Shown: positions 13,107-21,525 of the stretch, one piece after another
Layout: each line of letters begins with the position of its first letter
Position numbering within the stretch: the stretch's first letter is position 1
IMG/VR virus record: IMGVR_UViG_3300029767_000022
Location: 1-31,061 of that record
Length of the DNA stretch: 31,061 bases
Origin: a virus
Reading direction: 5' to 3' (one strand)
Notes under the pieces: generated by a model
What the model was told of the DNA's origin: nothing
Databases searched by the model: none
What the model saw: the letters and a program-made list of their open reading frames with translations, nothing else
Translations under genes and position numbers: made by a program

Positions 13107-14264
13107 TTACTTGATGCGGATTGTCTGGCCCGCGTAGATCACGTCAGGGTTGGCGATACCGTTCAACGCCACCAGATTGGAGACACTGGTACCGTACTGG
13201 GCGGCGATACCACTCAATGTGTCACCGGGCTGGATAGTGTACGTCGTAACGGACGGTGACGGTGTAACGGACGGTGACGGTGCTCCGCCCGGCAGTTTCA
13301 GCACCTGACCCGGATAAATCAGATTAGGGTCGGCAATGCCGTTAAGCTGCTGGAGAGTCTGCCACGAAGTCCCAAACTTGGCGGCGATACCACTCAGCGT
13401 GTCCCCCGACTGCACCGTATACGTTCCACTACCGGACTGAACAGTATTGGCAGTACCATTGATATTCAACACCTGACCCGGATAAATCAGATTAGGGTCA
13501 GACAGATTATTAATCTGCGCCAACACCTGCCAGCTAGTCCCATACATCGACGCGATACCACTCAGAGTGTCACCAGAGCGCACGATGTACGTGCCAGACG
13601 CGGGAGTAGACGGAGCAGGAGCGGAAGGGGTCGGCACGTTGGTCACACTCGAATGACCCGCCTTATACGCGTTCCACGCATTCACATCACCATAGAACTT
13701 GTCAAGGTCAAGACTGCCTGAATATCCGGGCAGACGACCATTGCCCGAATACTGGCGGATAGCGCACGCATATGCGCCCTCGTTCCACGGCGTATCCTGA
13801 TACCCAGTAGCGTCCATATTCGCGTACTGGGCTACCCACAATCCACGATCACCAATGTTCTGCACGTCGTTAAGCATGGACGCTCCCACGTAGACGATAG
13901 GCTGGGAGCCTGTACGCTCGTACACGCGGTCACAGAACGACCTAATCCACTGCTGAGCAGACGCGCCAGACCCGACCAGTCCGTTACCCTGTTGCTCCCA
14001 GTCCAAGCACCATACGACCTTGCCGACCCAATTCGCGCAATTGTTCACAAAGTAGTCAGCCTCGGAAACGGCGTTACCGCCGTTAGCGTAATGGTATACG
14101 CCCACACACTTTCCCAGACTCAACGCCTGTTCCACCTGCCGAGCGCAATCCGCTGAAACATACCAGCATCCCTCTGTTGCCTTACTGATGACGAAATCAC
14201 ACGGTACAGCAGACAGGTCTATACCAGCCTGCCAATTACTAATGTCGATACCGTTCAAAGCCAT
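13107..14264 (-). CDS. Endolysin: GH25 muramidase domain plus three LysM repeats (385 aa)
   Basis: [29 protein letters not shown]...GVYHYANG is the GH25 signature. Three LysM modules follow ([20 protein letters not shown]..., [20 protein letters not shown]..., [20 protein letters not shown]...). The start is set at ATG 14264 with GGAGGAG 6 nt upstream. The 42-codon extension of the track ORF overlaps another small ORF. Confidence 0.92.
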   Translation of the reverse strand: MALNGIDISNWQAGIDLSAVPCDFVISKATEGCWYVSADCARQVEQALSLGKCVGVYHYANGGNAVSEADYFVNNCANWVGKVVWCLDWEQQGNGLVGSGASAQQWIRSFCDRVYERTGSQPIVYVGASMLNDVQNIGDRGLWVAQYANMDATGYQDTPWNEGAYACAIRQYSGNGRLPGYSGSLDLDKFYGDVNAWNAYKAGHSSVTNVPTPSAPAPSTPASGTYIVRSGDTLSGIASMYGTSWQVLAQINNLSDPNLIYPGQVLNINGTANTVQSGSGTYTVQSGDTLSGIAAKFGTSWQTLQQLNGIADPNLIYPGQVLKLPGGAPSPSVTPSPSVTTYTIQPGDTLSGIAAQYGTSVSNLVALNGIANPDVIYAGQTIRIK

Positions 14265-14275
14265 CGAAACTCCTC

Positions 14276-14407
14276 CTATAGGCTGATCGTGTAGAAGAAC
14301 AGCCACGCCATGCATAAAACGGCGTAGGCCGTTATCAGAACGTGGACTATCAACGAGACGACAGAGAACGACATGATAATGATCATGCACCGTTTGAAAC
14401 GTCTCAT
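14276..14407 (-). CDS. Small hydrophobic protein (43 aa) overlapping the endolysin RBS; possible second holin/antiholin-type lysis factor
   Basis: Below the track cutoff. Hand translation: [43 protein letters not shown]. Its TAG stop (14278..14276) lies inside the endolysin Shine-Dalgarno region. Confidence 0.5.
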   Translation of the reverse strand: MRRFKRCMIIIMSFSVVSLIVHVLITAYAVLCMAWLFFYTISL

Positions 14408-14451
14408 AGGATCACTTTAACATCAAAAACGAATCGATATTATTATCACCG

Positions 14452-14495
14452 ATAATGCCCATTATGCTAGAAACGGTGGAATTTGGAAACAGAAG
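14452..14495. repeat. Diverged direct repeat, copy A (partner 15315..15358); on the minus strand it contains a promoter-like TTTCCA-N17-CATAAT
   Basis: ATAATGCCCATTATGCTAGAAACGGTGGAATTTGGAAACAGAAG compared with ATAATGCCCCTTATGTCAGGAACGGTGGCGTGTGGAAGCTGAAG gives 34/44 identical by hand. Weaker, codon-phased similarity continues for about 50 nt. The minus-strand -10 is at 14466..14461 and the -35 at 14489..14484. Confidence 0.7.
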
Positions 14496-14501
14496 AACGT
14501 T

Positions 14502-14927
14502 GTGATCGACCCATACGCTGCAATGACTTTCAGTAGATCAGACGGACAATTGCAGGTAAACAACGGCATAACGCTAATGCGTATGACGTTTACGCATAAC
14601 GACTTCGACAGCGCATCTATCGTGAACGATAGTAAAGGAGCGAACGTAACTAACCTACCCGTAGGCGATTACTCCGTCTCCCTTACACTGCCAATGTCGA
14701 GCAACACCGGATGACTGAACCTCAATATCGGTGGCAGCAGTGGAATAACGAATTTAGGCCCGACTGTAAGCGAACAATTAACGGAAGGAGACGGGTTTAC
14801 CCGATTGAATTTGGCCACGATGCTGAGAGTAACTCAGACGAACACGAAGATACGGGTTTTCACAAACAATAACGTTTCCGATACCATGCGTGAAAAAGGA
14901 GCCAAGTTCATAACACGGCTCGGCTAG
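14502..14927 (+). pseudogene. Opposite-strand ORF inside the late arm, interrupted by one in-frame TGA (14712..14714): either a decaying moron gene or a read-through gene (70-aa and 141-aa products)
   Basis: Track ORF 14502..14714 (GTG start) continues in the same frame after the TGA to TAG 14925..14927, checked codon by codon: ...SSNTG*LNLNIGGSSGITNLGPTVSEQLTEGDGFTRLNLATMLRVTQTNTKIRVFTNNNVSDTMREKGAKFITRLG. No minus-strand ORF of 60 aa or more lies between 14391 and 14907. Hand-counted GC is 39-44% over 14401..14640. Confidence 0.5.
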
Positions 14928-15292
14928 TCATTATCTCCGGCCAGTTCCTCAAGCGATGCAATACGGTCGCGTAGATTATCAGGCAACGACGGTTTAGGAT
15001 AACCCTCCAAAAATTCAGGATCGATAATCTCGCAGACCTTCGACACCCAGTGACCCAACGCACGAATGTATCCCGTCTCCAAGTCGATGGTGTATTGCAA
15101 CTCATCACGATGCTTTATTAGCGCGTTTATCTTCTGGTCTTGCGCGTCGATCTGCCGTTTCATATCCCCCTGCGCGGAAACTAGGTCTTGATACGCGCTG
15201 GTCAGGTCCGACCGTCGGTTGGCTAGCCATGTTATGAGTCCTCCGAGTGCTACGCCGCCTACGCCGATGATCGCCGTGAAAATATCAATCAT
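14924..15292 (-). CDS. Membrane-anchored coiled-coil protein (122 aa), lysis-associated candidate (XhlA-like architecture)
   Basis: The N-terminal TM segment is IFTAIIGVGGVALGGLITWLA. A heptad-like region SAYQDLVSAQGDMKRQIDAQDQKINALIKHRDELQ follows. The stop overlaps the convergent plus-strand ORF in a CTAG tetranucleotide (14924..14927). Confidence 0.75.
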   Translation of the reverse strand: MIDIFTAIIGVGGVALGGLITWLANRRSDLTSAYQDLVSAQGDMKRQIDAQDQKINALIKHRDELQYTIDLETGYIRALGHWVSKVCEIIDPEFLEGYPKPSLPDNLRDRIASLEELAGDND

Positions 15293-15314
15293 AATCGCAT
15301 CTTACACCAATACA

Positions 15315-15358
15315 ATAATGCCCCTTATGTCAGGAACGGTGGCGTGTGGAAGCTGAAG
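15315..15358. repeat. Diverged direct repeat, copy B (partner 14452..14495); minus strand reads CTTCCA-N17-CATAAG
   Basis: See copy A. The minus-strand -10 is at 15329..15324 and the -35 at 15352..15347, about 25 nt upstream of ATG 15292. Confidence 0.7.
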
Positions 15359-15466
15359 CGTAAGACGATTACGTTCGGCAGTGATCAACACGTCTGGACA
15401 GATTTACATAATGTATGGTTCCGAAAACACGTTGCAGAGCGGTCGCATCACCGTTTGCTGGGAGTA

Positions 15467-16366
15467 TTAGGCCCCATACTTGATCGGATAGATAATGTTT
15501 GCCGTCAAGGAAATCGAATTGCCGTAGCCGTTGAACGAAATCAGAAGCTTCTTCGAATCAACAAGGCAATAACCGGAAGAAACGACAGTCGTGCCCACGT
15601 GGCACGTTAAGGTGCCGTAAGTCATGACAGAAGACGCCGGAGGTTCGTAGCCTTTCACTTCTTGGTTGACGAAAGAACCAGTGGAACCTTGATATGTCTT
15701 ATTTGCGTTAATCGTGCAAAACCCATTTCTAACGCACTCGGTTATGGACCATCCGTCGTGGGAACTGGTTTTCGGCGTATCGGAAACCCACGCATTACCT
15801 TTCCTGACATAAGGGACATTATCGGCAATAGTCACAGCCTCCTGCCCGTCCACCGCGTCAATGGTGTTAAGCTGGGTAAGATCACGCGCCATCAGGATAG
15901 CGTTATTACGAATCATCGGAGCCACATCAGACGCGACACCGGCATTGACCTTGGCAATCACAAGACCATTGATATTCGAGTCAGGCGTACCATCCGTGAA
16001 CACCTCGATCTTGCCGCGCGGAGTCGTACCGCGCGACTGAGACGGGTCTTCCACAGTGACCGCGATCTTGTAAGCGTTGGTGGAGTCCGCGAGTTGCACC
16101 GTTGTATTGGTGGTGATGGCGTAGGTGTACGCGCCGATGCCATTCCACGGGCTGATGGTGCCGCAATGAGCCTTGACCGTCACAGTCAGACCGCTCACAG
16201 TGACCAGAGGACTCGGAGAACCGTAACGAATACCCGACAACCCGTCGAACGCGCTACCATCGGACGGCAGCAACAGAGGATTGATGGCGTGCCTGTAATC
16301 GTCCGCCGTGTACTCCGGGGAACCGTTCTTCGCGGTAAGCGGGTGCATGATGATAGCCATAATCAT
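15467..16366 (-). CDS. Tail fibre / receptor-binding protein candidate (299 aa)
   Basis: It is the last virion-structure ORF and has a Thr/Ser/Gly/Asn/Val-rich beta-type composition. ATGA overlap with the upstream fibre gene. ATG 16360, 6 nt after GGAGGA, is an equally good start. The function call rests on position and composition only. Confidence 0.65.
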   Translation of the reverse strand: MIMAIIMHPLTAKNGSPEYTADDYRHAINPLLLPSDGSAFDGLSGIRYGSPSPLVTVSGLTVTVKAHCGTISPWNGIGAYTYAITTNTTVQLADSTNAYKIAVTVEDPSQSRGTTPRGKIEVFTDGTPDSNINGLVIAKVNAGVASDVAPMIRNNAILMARDLTQLNTIDAVDGQEAVTIADNVPYVRKGNAWVSDTPKTSSHDGWSITECVRNGFCTINANKTYQGSTGSFVNQEVKGYEPPASSVMTYGTLTCHVGTTVVSSGYCLVDSKKLLISFNGYGNSISLTANIIYPIKYGA

Positions 16367-17091
16367 TCCTCCGAATCGTCTACGACCATTTTATCTTTGT
16401 CAGCGGATAGAGCATCAACCTTAGCTTTGAGCGCATCCAAGTCATCCGCTACCTGTTGAGCGAGTCGGAGCGCCGCCACACCAAGCATGGGATAGTTGAT
16501 GCCTACCAGCGTGCCGTCTTCATCGTATTCACAGAAGAACCCCAATCCGTTTTCGTCCAAATCGTCGGCGATCATACCGACCAACGGCTGAGCATCATCA
16601 AGATTCTGGTTCTTGTCATCCTTCATCCGATATACGCGCCACTTCACCTTACGTAGAGCGTCAACCGGAATAAAGTCGTCGGCGTCCACGATATCCGTCT
16701 TCACTGCACGAATCGACTGGGCCGTGCCCATAGTGCCGTTAGACAACACCCACACCGCGCGCCAAGAGCCTGACGCAAACAAATTGTTATAAGCGTTGGC
16801 GATACCAGTACCACCACGATCGGGAGCCAATACACCCCAGTTCCACGTCTGAGTCTTAACGTCAATCTCGGCACGGGTATAGCTGTTGCGAGTGATGCTT
16901 TCCTGCACACGCTGGTCAAGATTGTTGGTCAGCGTCTGCACTTCCTCATACATTTTCGTAATCTGATCGACCATAGGTTTAACGCTGTTGACGATGCTCG
17001 GCGGCAGTTCCTGCAACTGGCGTTTAATGTCCGAGAACTGGCGTGCTGTAGCGTCCGCGCTATCTAGACTGAACTTGAATTTGCTCGGCAT
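16363..17091 (-). CDS. Tail fibre protein with C-terminal intramolecular-chaperone (peptidase S74-type) domain (242 aa)
   Basis: The C-terminus reads GTAQSIRAVKTDIVDADDFIPVDALRKVKWRVYRMKDD...PLVGMIADDLDENGLGFF...INYPMLGVAALRLAQQVADDLDALKAKVDAL. It fits the S74 pattern (S.R.K.dI ... yry ... G.iAeel ... idy..l ... terminal coiled coil). Confidence 0.7.
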   Translation of the reverse strand: MPSKFKFSLDSADATARQFSDIKRQLQELPPSIVNSVKPMVDQITKMYEEVQTLTNNLDQRVQESITRNSYTRAEIDVKTQTWNWGVLAPDRGGTGIANAYNNLFASGSWRAVWVLSNGTMGTAQSIRAVKTDIVDADDFIPVDALRKVKWRVYRMKDDKNQNLDDAQPLVGMIADDLDENGLGFFCEYDEDGTLVGINYPMLGVAALRLAQQVADDLDALKAKVDALSADKDKMVVDDSEE

Positions 17092-18220
17092 TCGTGTCCT
17101 CCTGCTGCAATATAGGTGTGATGGTCCACGCCTGACTAAAATCTATCTCGTACCCGATGATACGGGCTTTACCGTGATTCTGGCCGGGGAAATGCTCGGC
17201 GTCTTCTTCCACTGTCCACGATATGAGGTCGCCCGGCTTCCATTCCTCATACACCATAGGAGCGGAAAGCAGACTCAAGCCCATAGTGATGGTCTGGGTA
17301 CCGTTCTGCATCTGCAACAACGAGGACTTGGCGTGTTCGTTCAGCGTACTCTTGTTCGTGATGCCGGTGGACGGTTGGAACACATATTCCAGCATGGGCC
17401 TGTTAGGTTGGTTTGCGATCATCCAATCGGATTGCGGACGGTCTCCAGCGTCAGCCGTACTCACAGCCATTACCGCGTTAGCACCGTACCCGTTCGTGTA
17501 ATCCTCCAGCAGATTAAACATGGTCATAACGCTTTCGTCGAACGTGGTGCTTGGCGTGGTGGAGCCGATATGGTCGGCTACCGTCATCACAGGCTCATAA
17601 TGACCGTCATTGATGGCACGCCATGATGTACACCATTCCGGCCCATTCAAAACGTTCGCAAGCTCTTGCAGCACGCTTAACAAGGTCTTGTCGCTTTCTG
17701 CTTCATACGTTCTGTCGCGTTTGACGCTACTCGGGGACGCTTCGACAACGAGATTGAAACGGTGGTTTTTAAGCGTGGTGGTTACGAGGTCTTCCACGAT
17801 CTCGCACTGGTCACGATTCGTGTACGTATGATCCTGTACGTACACGTTATCGAGGTAGTGTTCGACGGTTGCCAACGTCAGTGTTAATCCGTCTCCGCGC
17901 ATTGCACGCTCGCGTTTGACCACGATACCGCCCCACAGGACTGTGGATTCGCGTACCAGAAGTATGGCGGCCTGATATGGTGTGGTGGCTTCATCCCAAT
18001 TGCGGGGAGCGTTGCGCCACGGGAGCGTGGCCGTTTCGCTGGTCGTTTCCTCGAAACGGTACGTCAAGTGGGTTAGTTGGAGGTCTGGGAGTTCGGCTAT
18101 CACCGTGCCGTCGTTCAACGTGACGGCGACGAACTGCAATCCGGAACGCTGCCACAATACACGCGCAGTGTCCGAGTATAAGCCGTTCGACTGCGGCAAT
18201 CGGTCAGAAATAAAAGGCAT
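17060..18220 (-). CDS. Minor tail protein, Tal-like baseplate hub candidate (386 aa)
   Basis: Second ORF after the tape measure, in the usual Tal position. No enzymatic motif recognised. Called mainly by synteny. Confidence 0.65.
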   Translation of the reverse strand: MPFISDRLPQSNGLYSDTARVLWQRSGLQFVAVTLNDGTVIAELPDLQLTHLTYRFEETTSETATLPWRNAPRNWDEATTPYQAAILLVRESTVLWGGIVVKRERAMRGDGLTLTLATVEHYLDNVYVQDHTYTNRDQCEIVEDLVTTTLKNHRFNLVVEASPSSVKRDRTYEAESDKTLLSVLQELANVLNGPEWCTSWRAINDGHYEPVMTVADHIGSTTPSTTFDESVMTMFNLLEDYTNGYGANAVMAVSTADAGDRPQSDWMIANQPNRPMLEYVFQPSTGITNKSTLNEHAKSSLLQMQNGTQTITMGLSLLSAPMVYEEWKPGDLISWTVEEDAEHFPGQNHGKARIIGYEIDFSQAWTITPILQQEDTNAEQIQVQSR

Positions 18221-18231
18221 CCGGCACCTCC

Positions 18232-19125
18232 TTAGATGTAAGCCGGGTTGAACGTGACCGTCATACGCGCGTTATCAGATGGTTCCTCGGCGCTGAACAT
18301 CCAAATATTCTCCCCGACCTCCGCGTAACTCCATTCTCGTCTGGTCACACTGCCACGTGCCGGGTCGGTGCCATCTATAAGAATCTCATGAGTGGCACCG
18401 TTGATAAGAATGTAATTACCCTCACCCAAACTGAGATCGAACGCCATGATATGCCCGCTCGGACTATGCTCAACCTGCGGATTGACCACAGGCCCATCGA
18501 TACGAATAGTCACCGGACTCGGAGCACTACCCGTGTTAGTAAGGCGCACGCTACCCGACACGGTTGTTTCAGACCACACCCACGTTGACCCCGTGCCCGT
18601 ATCGATGTCCTCGAAATGGGATGGGAACGTCATGCCGCCCTGAGTGTGCGGCAACCCGGTTTTTCCTCTCACTGACTGCATATCGTAAAGATACGAGTCC
18701 AAAGCGGTCAGTCCGATACTGAATTTGAGAATGTTCACACCAGCCCACTCCACCAGCGGAGCGGAAGACGATTGCATGACCTGCACCTGACGGCTGATGT
18801 CCCCCAACTCCACGACAAGCGACTGACTGGTGATATTAAACGAACGTTTGAACGCATCCCAAGCGTTGATGCAGTTTTCCGTGCATTTGCCGATAATATG
18901 ACCCTCGACACTGATCGAGCGACCCTGAGCCACTGGAATATTGCTAAACCAGCCATCCGACCATGCTTTGTCCTTGGTCTGCAAGGTCGAACCAACACCG
19001 TCAAACAATCCCGAAACGTTCTGAAACGTTACGTGCCACTCACACCCGTATGAGTCGATTCCGTACAAGGGGAACCCGTTCAGGGTCAAACGGACATCGC
19101 GCGGGTCAAGGGTAAAGATAGCCAT
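18232..19125 (-). CDS. Distal tail protein (Dit) candidate (297 aa)
   Basis: ORF immediately downstream of the tape measure. Size and position are typical of siphovirus Dit. Called by synteny. Confidence 0.65.
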   Translation of the reverse strand: MAIFTLDPRDVRLTLNGFPLYGIDSYGCEWHVTFQNVSGLFDGVGSTLQTKDKAWSDGWFSNIPVAQGRSISVEGHIIGKCTENCINAWDAFKRSFNITSQSLVVELGDISRQVQVMQSSSAPLVEWAGVNILKFSIGLTALDSYLYDMQSVRGKTGLPHTQGGMTFPSHFEDIDTGTGSTWVWSETTVSGSVRLTNTGSAPSPVTIRIDGPVVNPQVEHSPSGHIMAFDLSLGEGNYILINGATHEILIDGTDPARGSVTRREWSYAEVGENIWMFSAEEPSDNARMTVTFNPAYI

Positions 19126-19150
19126 ACCCTCAGTCTACCCGCGCGGCTTG

Positions 19151-21196
19151 TCACACGTAATGGAAATTAATCACCCTCACAGTCTCTTGAGCGGCCGCGT
19201 TCGGGTCAAGCGCGTTCACCGTGATAGGCGCGCTCACACGCGGACCACTATTCGCGTTCATGGGCACCGGGCTAGACACTACCGGCATGGGCGTCACGAT
19301 GGACGACGGCAGAAGAGAATTCACCATGTCTTCCACCGGACGAGTGGCCGCACGCTCGTTCTCCGATACGCCACGGCCAAGACCAGCAGGAATCATCCGA
19401 CCTATTTCACGATCGAAGACCTTAGACGGGGACGCGATACCCAGCAGGCTCTTGGCACCGTCGATGATACCGCCAACAGCGTCTTTGACTGCTGAGATGG
19501 CACCGCCGATGGCGTTCGTGATGCCGTTAATCAGACCTTGAATAATGTTCTTGCCTGCACTCAGCAACCATGATCCGGCTCCGCTGAACACGCCCATGAT
19601 ACGGCTTGGGATACTGGTGATGAAATTCATCATCGAGCTTACGCCATTGCTGACAGCGCTGGTGATGCCACTCCATGCACTGCCTACCGCGCCCTTGATG
19701 CCGTTCCATACACTACTGAAAATACCGCTTATGCCGCTCAGCACGCTTGAGATGACGCCTGACACTGCATTGATGGCACCGGAAACGATACTTTGGATAC
19801 CGTTCCAAACACTGGAAACGATATTCTGGATACCTTCCCATACTCCAGACCAATCACCGTTAATCGCGGCCAATACGGTGCTGATTATCGCGTTGACAAC
19901 GTTCATAACGGATGTGACAATCGTTTGAATGAATGGGAAAACCGCGTTAATGACACCCTGAATCGTTGAACCCCACGATTGAAACGCTGACTGGATTACC
20001 GGAAGCACGGCCTGAATCAACGCAGCGATGTTATTAATCACCGGCGTTACCGCAGTCGCGACAACACTCATAGTTTGCATGATGTTGCTCACTATGGTAG
20101 ATAACACGGGTGCAATGGTCTGTATCGCGGCCATGATGACAGGCATGACCGCGTTGCTGAGATTCTGTAAGGCACTCATAAGCGGCTTGAGCGCCGGGAG
20201 CAACTGAGATTGCACCATTCCCACAACTGGTTGAAACGCTGTCTGGAACGTTGTGCCGATTTGTGAGAGAATCGGGCCGATAGTCTGCACCAGTCCCGTA
20301 AAAACGCCGCTAAGACCACTGATGCCTTGCGCCAACATGCTGATACCGGATGTCAACGGGCCTTTGAACTGATCAAGAATCGTCGTACCCACACCAACCA
20401 CGGACGCTTCCAAATTACCCATCGCACCTTCAATAGTGCTGGTGCTGGTAGCGGCTTCCTTCGCGGCGTCCGTCATACCCAAGTCCATTATGGCTTGGTT
20501 GAATTCATCGGCGCTGATCTCGCCTTTCTCCATCGCGTCGCGGAAGTTCCCAGTGTAAGCGCCGTTCTTTAGCATCGCTTCCTGAAGTTTGCCGGATGCA
20601 CCGGGAATGGCGTCGGCTAGCTGGTTCCAGTTTTCCGTGGTGAGCTTGCCCGCGCCAGCGGTCTGCGTAAGCACCATACCCACCGAGCTAAAAGTTTCAG
20701 CGTTACCACCGGCGACAGCGTTCAAATTGCCTGCCGCCTCGGCTAGTTTGTCGAAGCCCTGTACTCCGTTCGCGGCAAGCTGTGCGGTCACGTTACGGAT
20801 ATCGCTGATGCTGTAGACGGTCTGGTCGGCGTAAGTCTGAGTGCTGGCGGTGAGCGCGTCAATCGTACCCGTATCCAGTCCTGCGAAGTTCAGCGTGCTT
20901 TTGAACTTGTCCGCAGAGTCGGAGGCTTCGATAATGTCTCCGGTAAGATCACCGATGGCGTCCACAGCCATTCCGATACCCGAGGAAACAAGACCGCCAA
21001 CGGCACCGGCGACGGCACCGAACTTACCGAACCCGCTGGAAGACTTGCTAGCCGATTTGTCAACGTTACCCAACGCTCCATCAGCCTGTCGCGCCGACTC
21101 TTCGATCTGACGACTACCCGATTCAATATCCTTAACGCCAGCGTTCCAGTCGCCGGTATTAATCTCGGCGTCTAGGGTCAGTGTCGAGTCTGCCAT
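19151..21196 (-). CDS. Tape measure protein (681 aa)
   Basis: It is the second-largest ORF (after the 695-aa portal-MuF) and is Ala/Gly/Ser/Ile/Val-rich. It has long degenerate internal repeats (…SVWNGIQSIVSGAINAVSGVISSVLSGISGIFSSVWNGIKGAVGSAWSGITSAV…). It lies between the chaperone pair and Dit. Confidence 0.9.
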   Translation of the reverse strand: MADSTLTLDAEINTGDWNAGVKDIESGSRQIEESARQADGALGNVDKSASKSSSGFGKFGAVAGAVGGLVSSGIGMAVDAIGDLTGDIIEASDSADKFKSTLNFAGLDTGTIDALTASTQTYADQTVYSISDIRNVTAQLAANGVQGFDKLAEAAGNLNAVAGGNAETFSSVGMVLTQTAGAGKLTTENWNQLADAIPGASGKLQEAMLKNGAYTGNFRDAMEKGEISADEFNQAIMDLGMTDAAKEAATSTSTIEGAMGNLEASVVGVGTTILDQFKGPLTSGISMLAQGISGLSGVFTGLVQTIGPILSQIGTTFQTAFQPVVGMVQSQLLPALKPLMSALQNLSNAVMPVIMAAIQTIAPVLSTIVSNIMQTMSVVATAVTPVINNIAALIQAVLPVIQSAFQSWGSTIQGVINAVFPFIQTIVTSVMNVVNAIISTVLAAINGDWSGVWEGIQNIVSSVWNGIQSIVSGAINAVSGVISSVLSGISGIFSSVWNGIKGAVGSAWSGITSAVSNGVSSMMNFITSIPSRIMGVFSGAGSWLLSAGKNIIQGLINGITNAIGGAISAVKDAVGGIIDGAKSLLGIASPSKVFDREIGRMIPAGLGRGVSENERAATRPVEDMVNSLLPSSIVTPMPVVSSPVPMNANSGPRVSAPITVNALDPNAAAQETVRVINFHYV

Positions 21197-21525
21197 TACA
21201 CGTCCTTCCCGAGTTTTTCGATAATCGTGTTAATATTGCGGTCGCCGTGCTTGCTGAACGCGGCGGCGATGCAGTCGAACGTCATGAGATATTGTTCCGC
21301 CAGTCGCCGCCGTCGGATACGGCGTCCCTCTCTGAGCAGGTTCATCATCAGGGAAGGAGACACGTTGTTTTCCAGCACGTCGCGGATAGCCTGCCACCCA
21401 TACAAGTCACCAAGCTCGGCGAGGATATGAACGCTCGGAAGCGGCTTGCGAGCCGCCTCCTTCTGTTTGTAATTCTTCATCGCCTCCCGTTCGGCGGGAG
21501 TAAGCAGGCTATCCCACGACTTCAT
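21196..21525 (-). CDS. Tail assembly chaperone, second ORF of the pair (109 aa)
   Basis: Position between the first chaperone and the tape measure. Own SD (AAGGTG) and a TAATG overlap with the upstream stop. It lies in the -1 frame relative to the upstream ORF. Confidence 0.6.
   Translation of the reverse strand: MKSWDSLLTPAEREAMKNYKQKEAARKPLPSVHILAELGDLYGWQAIRDVLENNVSPSLMMNLLREGRRIRRRRLAEQYLMTFDCIAAAFSKHGDRNINTIIEKLGKDV

Noticed and set aside
13107-14390. Longest-ORF starts for several genes (14390, 27067, 22844, 8914, 10165, 10223, 4613, 5965, 1829)
   Set aside because: In each case an internal ATG with a good Shine-Dalgarno sequence and/or a stop-start overlap fits better. The extension also overlaps another feature: a small ORF, the tRNA or the preceding gene.
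14712-14714. Genome-wide TGA reassignment (code 4/25) or suppression by the phage tRNA
   Set aside because: TGA terminates many well-defined genes here, with ATGA overlaps at 422, 868, 1476, 1950, 2144, 16363, 25130 and 27141. The phage tRNA has anticodon UCG, not UCA.
14452-15358. Gin/shufflon-type invertible tail-fibre segment
   Set aside because: The two repeats are in direct, not inverted, orientation. No invertase is encoded, and no matching repeat was seen inside the upstream fibre genes.
15344-15610. 88-aa plus-strand ORF
   Set aside because: Beyond the repeat-homologous first 25 codons or so, it runs antisense through the last 48 codons of the fibre gene. It is best explained as a truncated remnant, not a gene.
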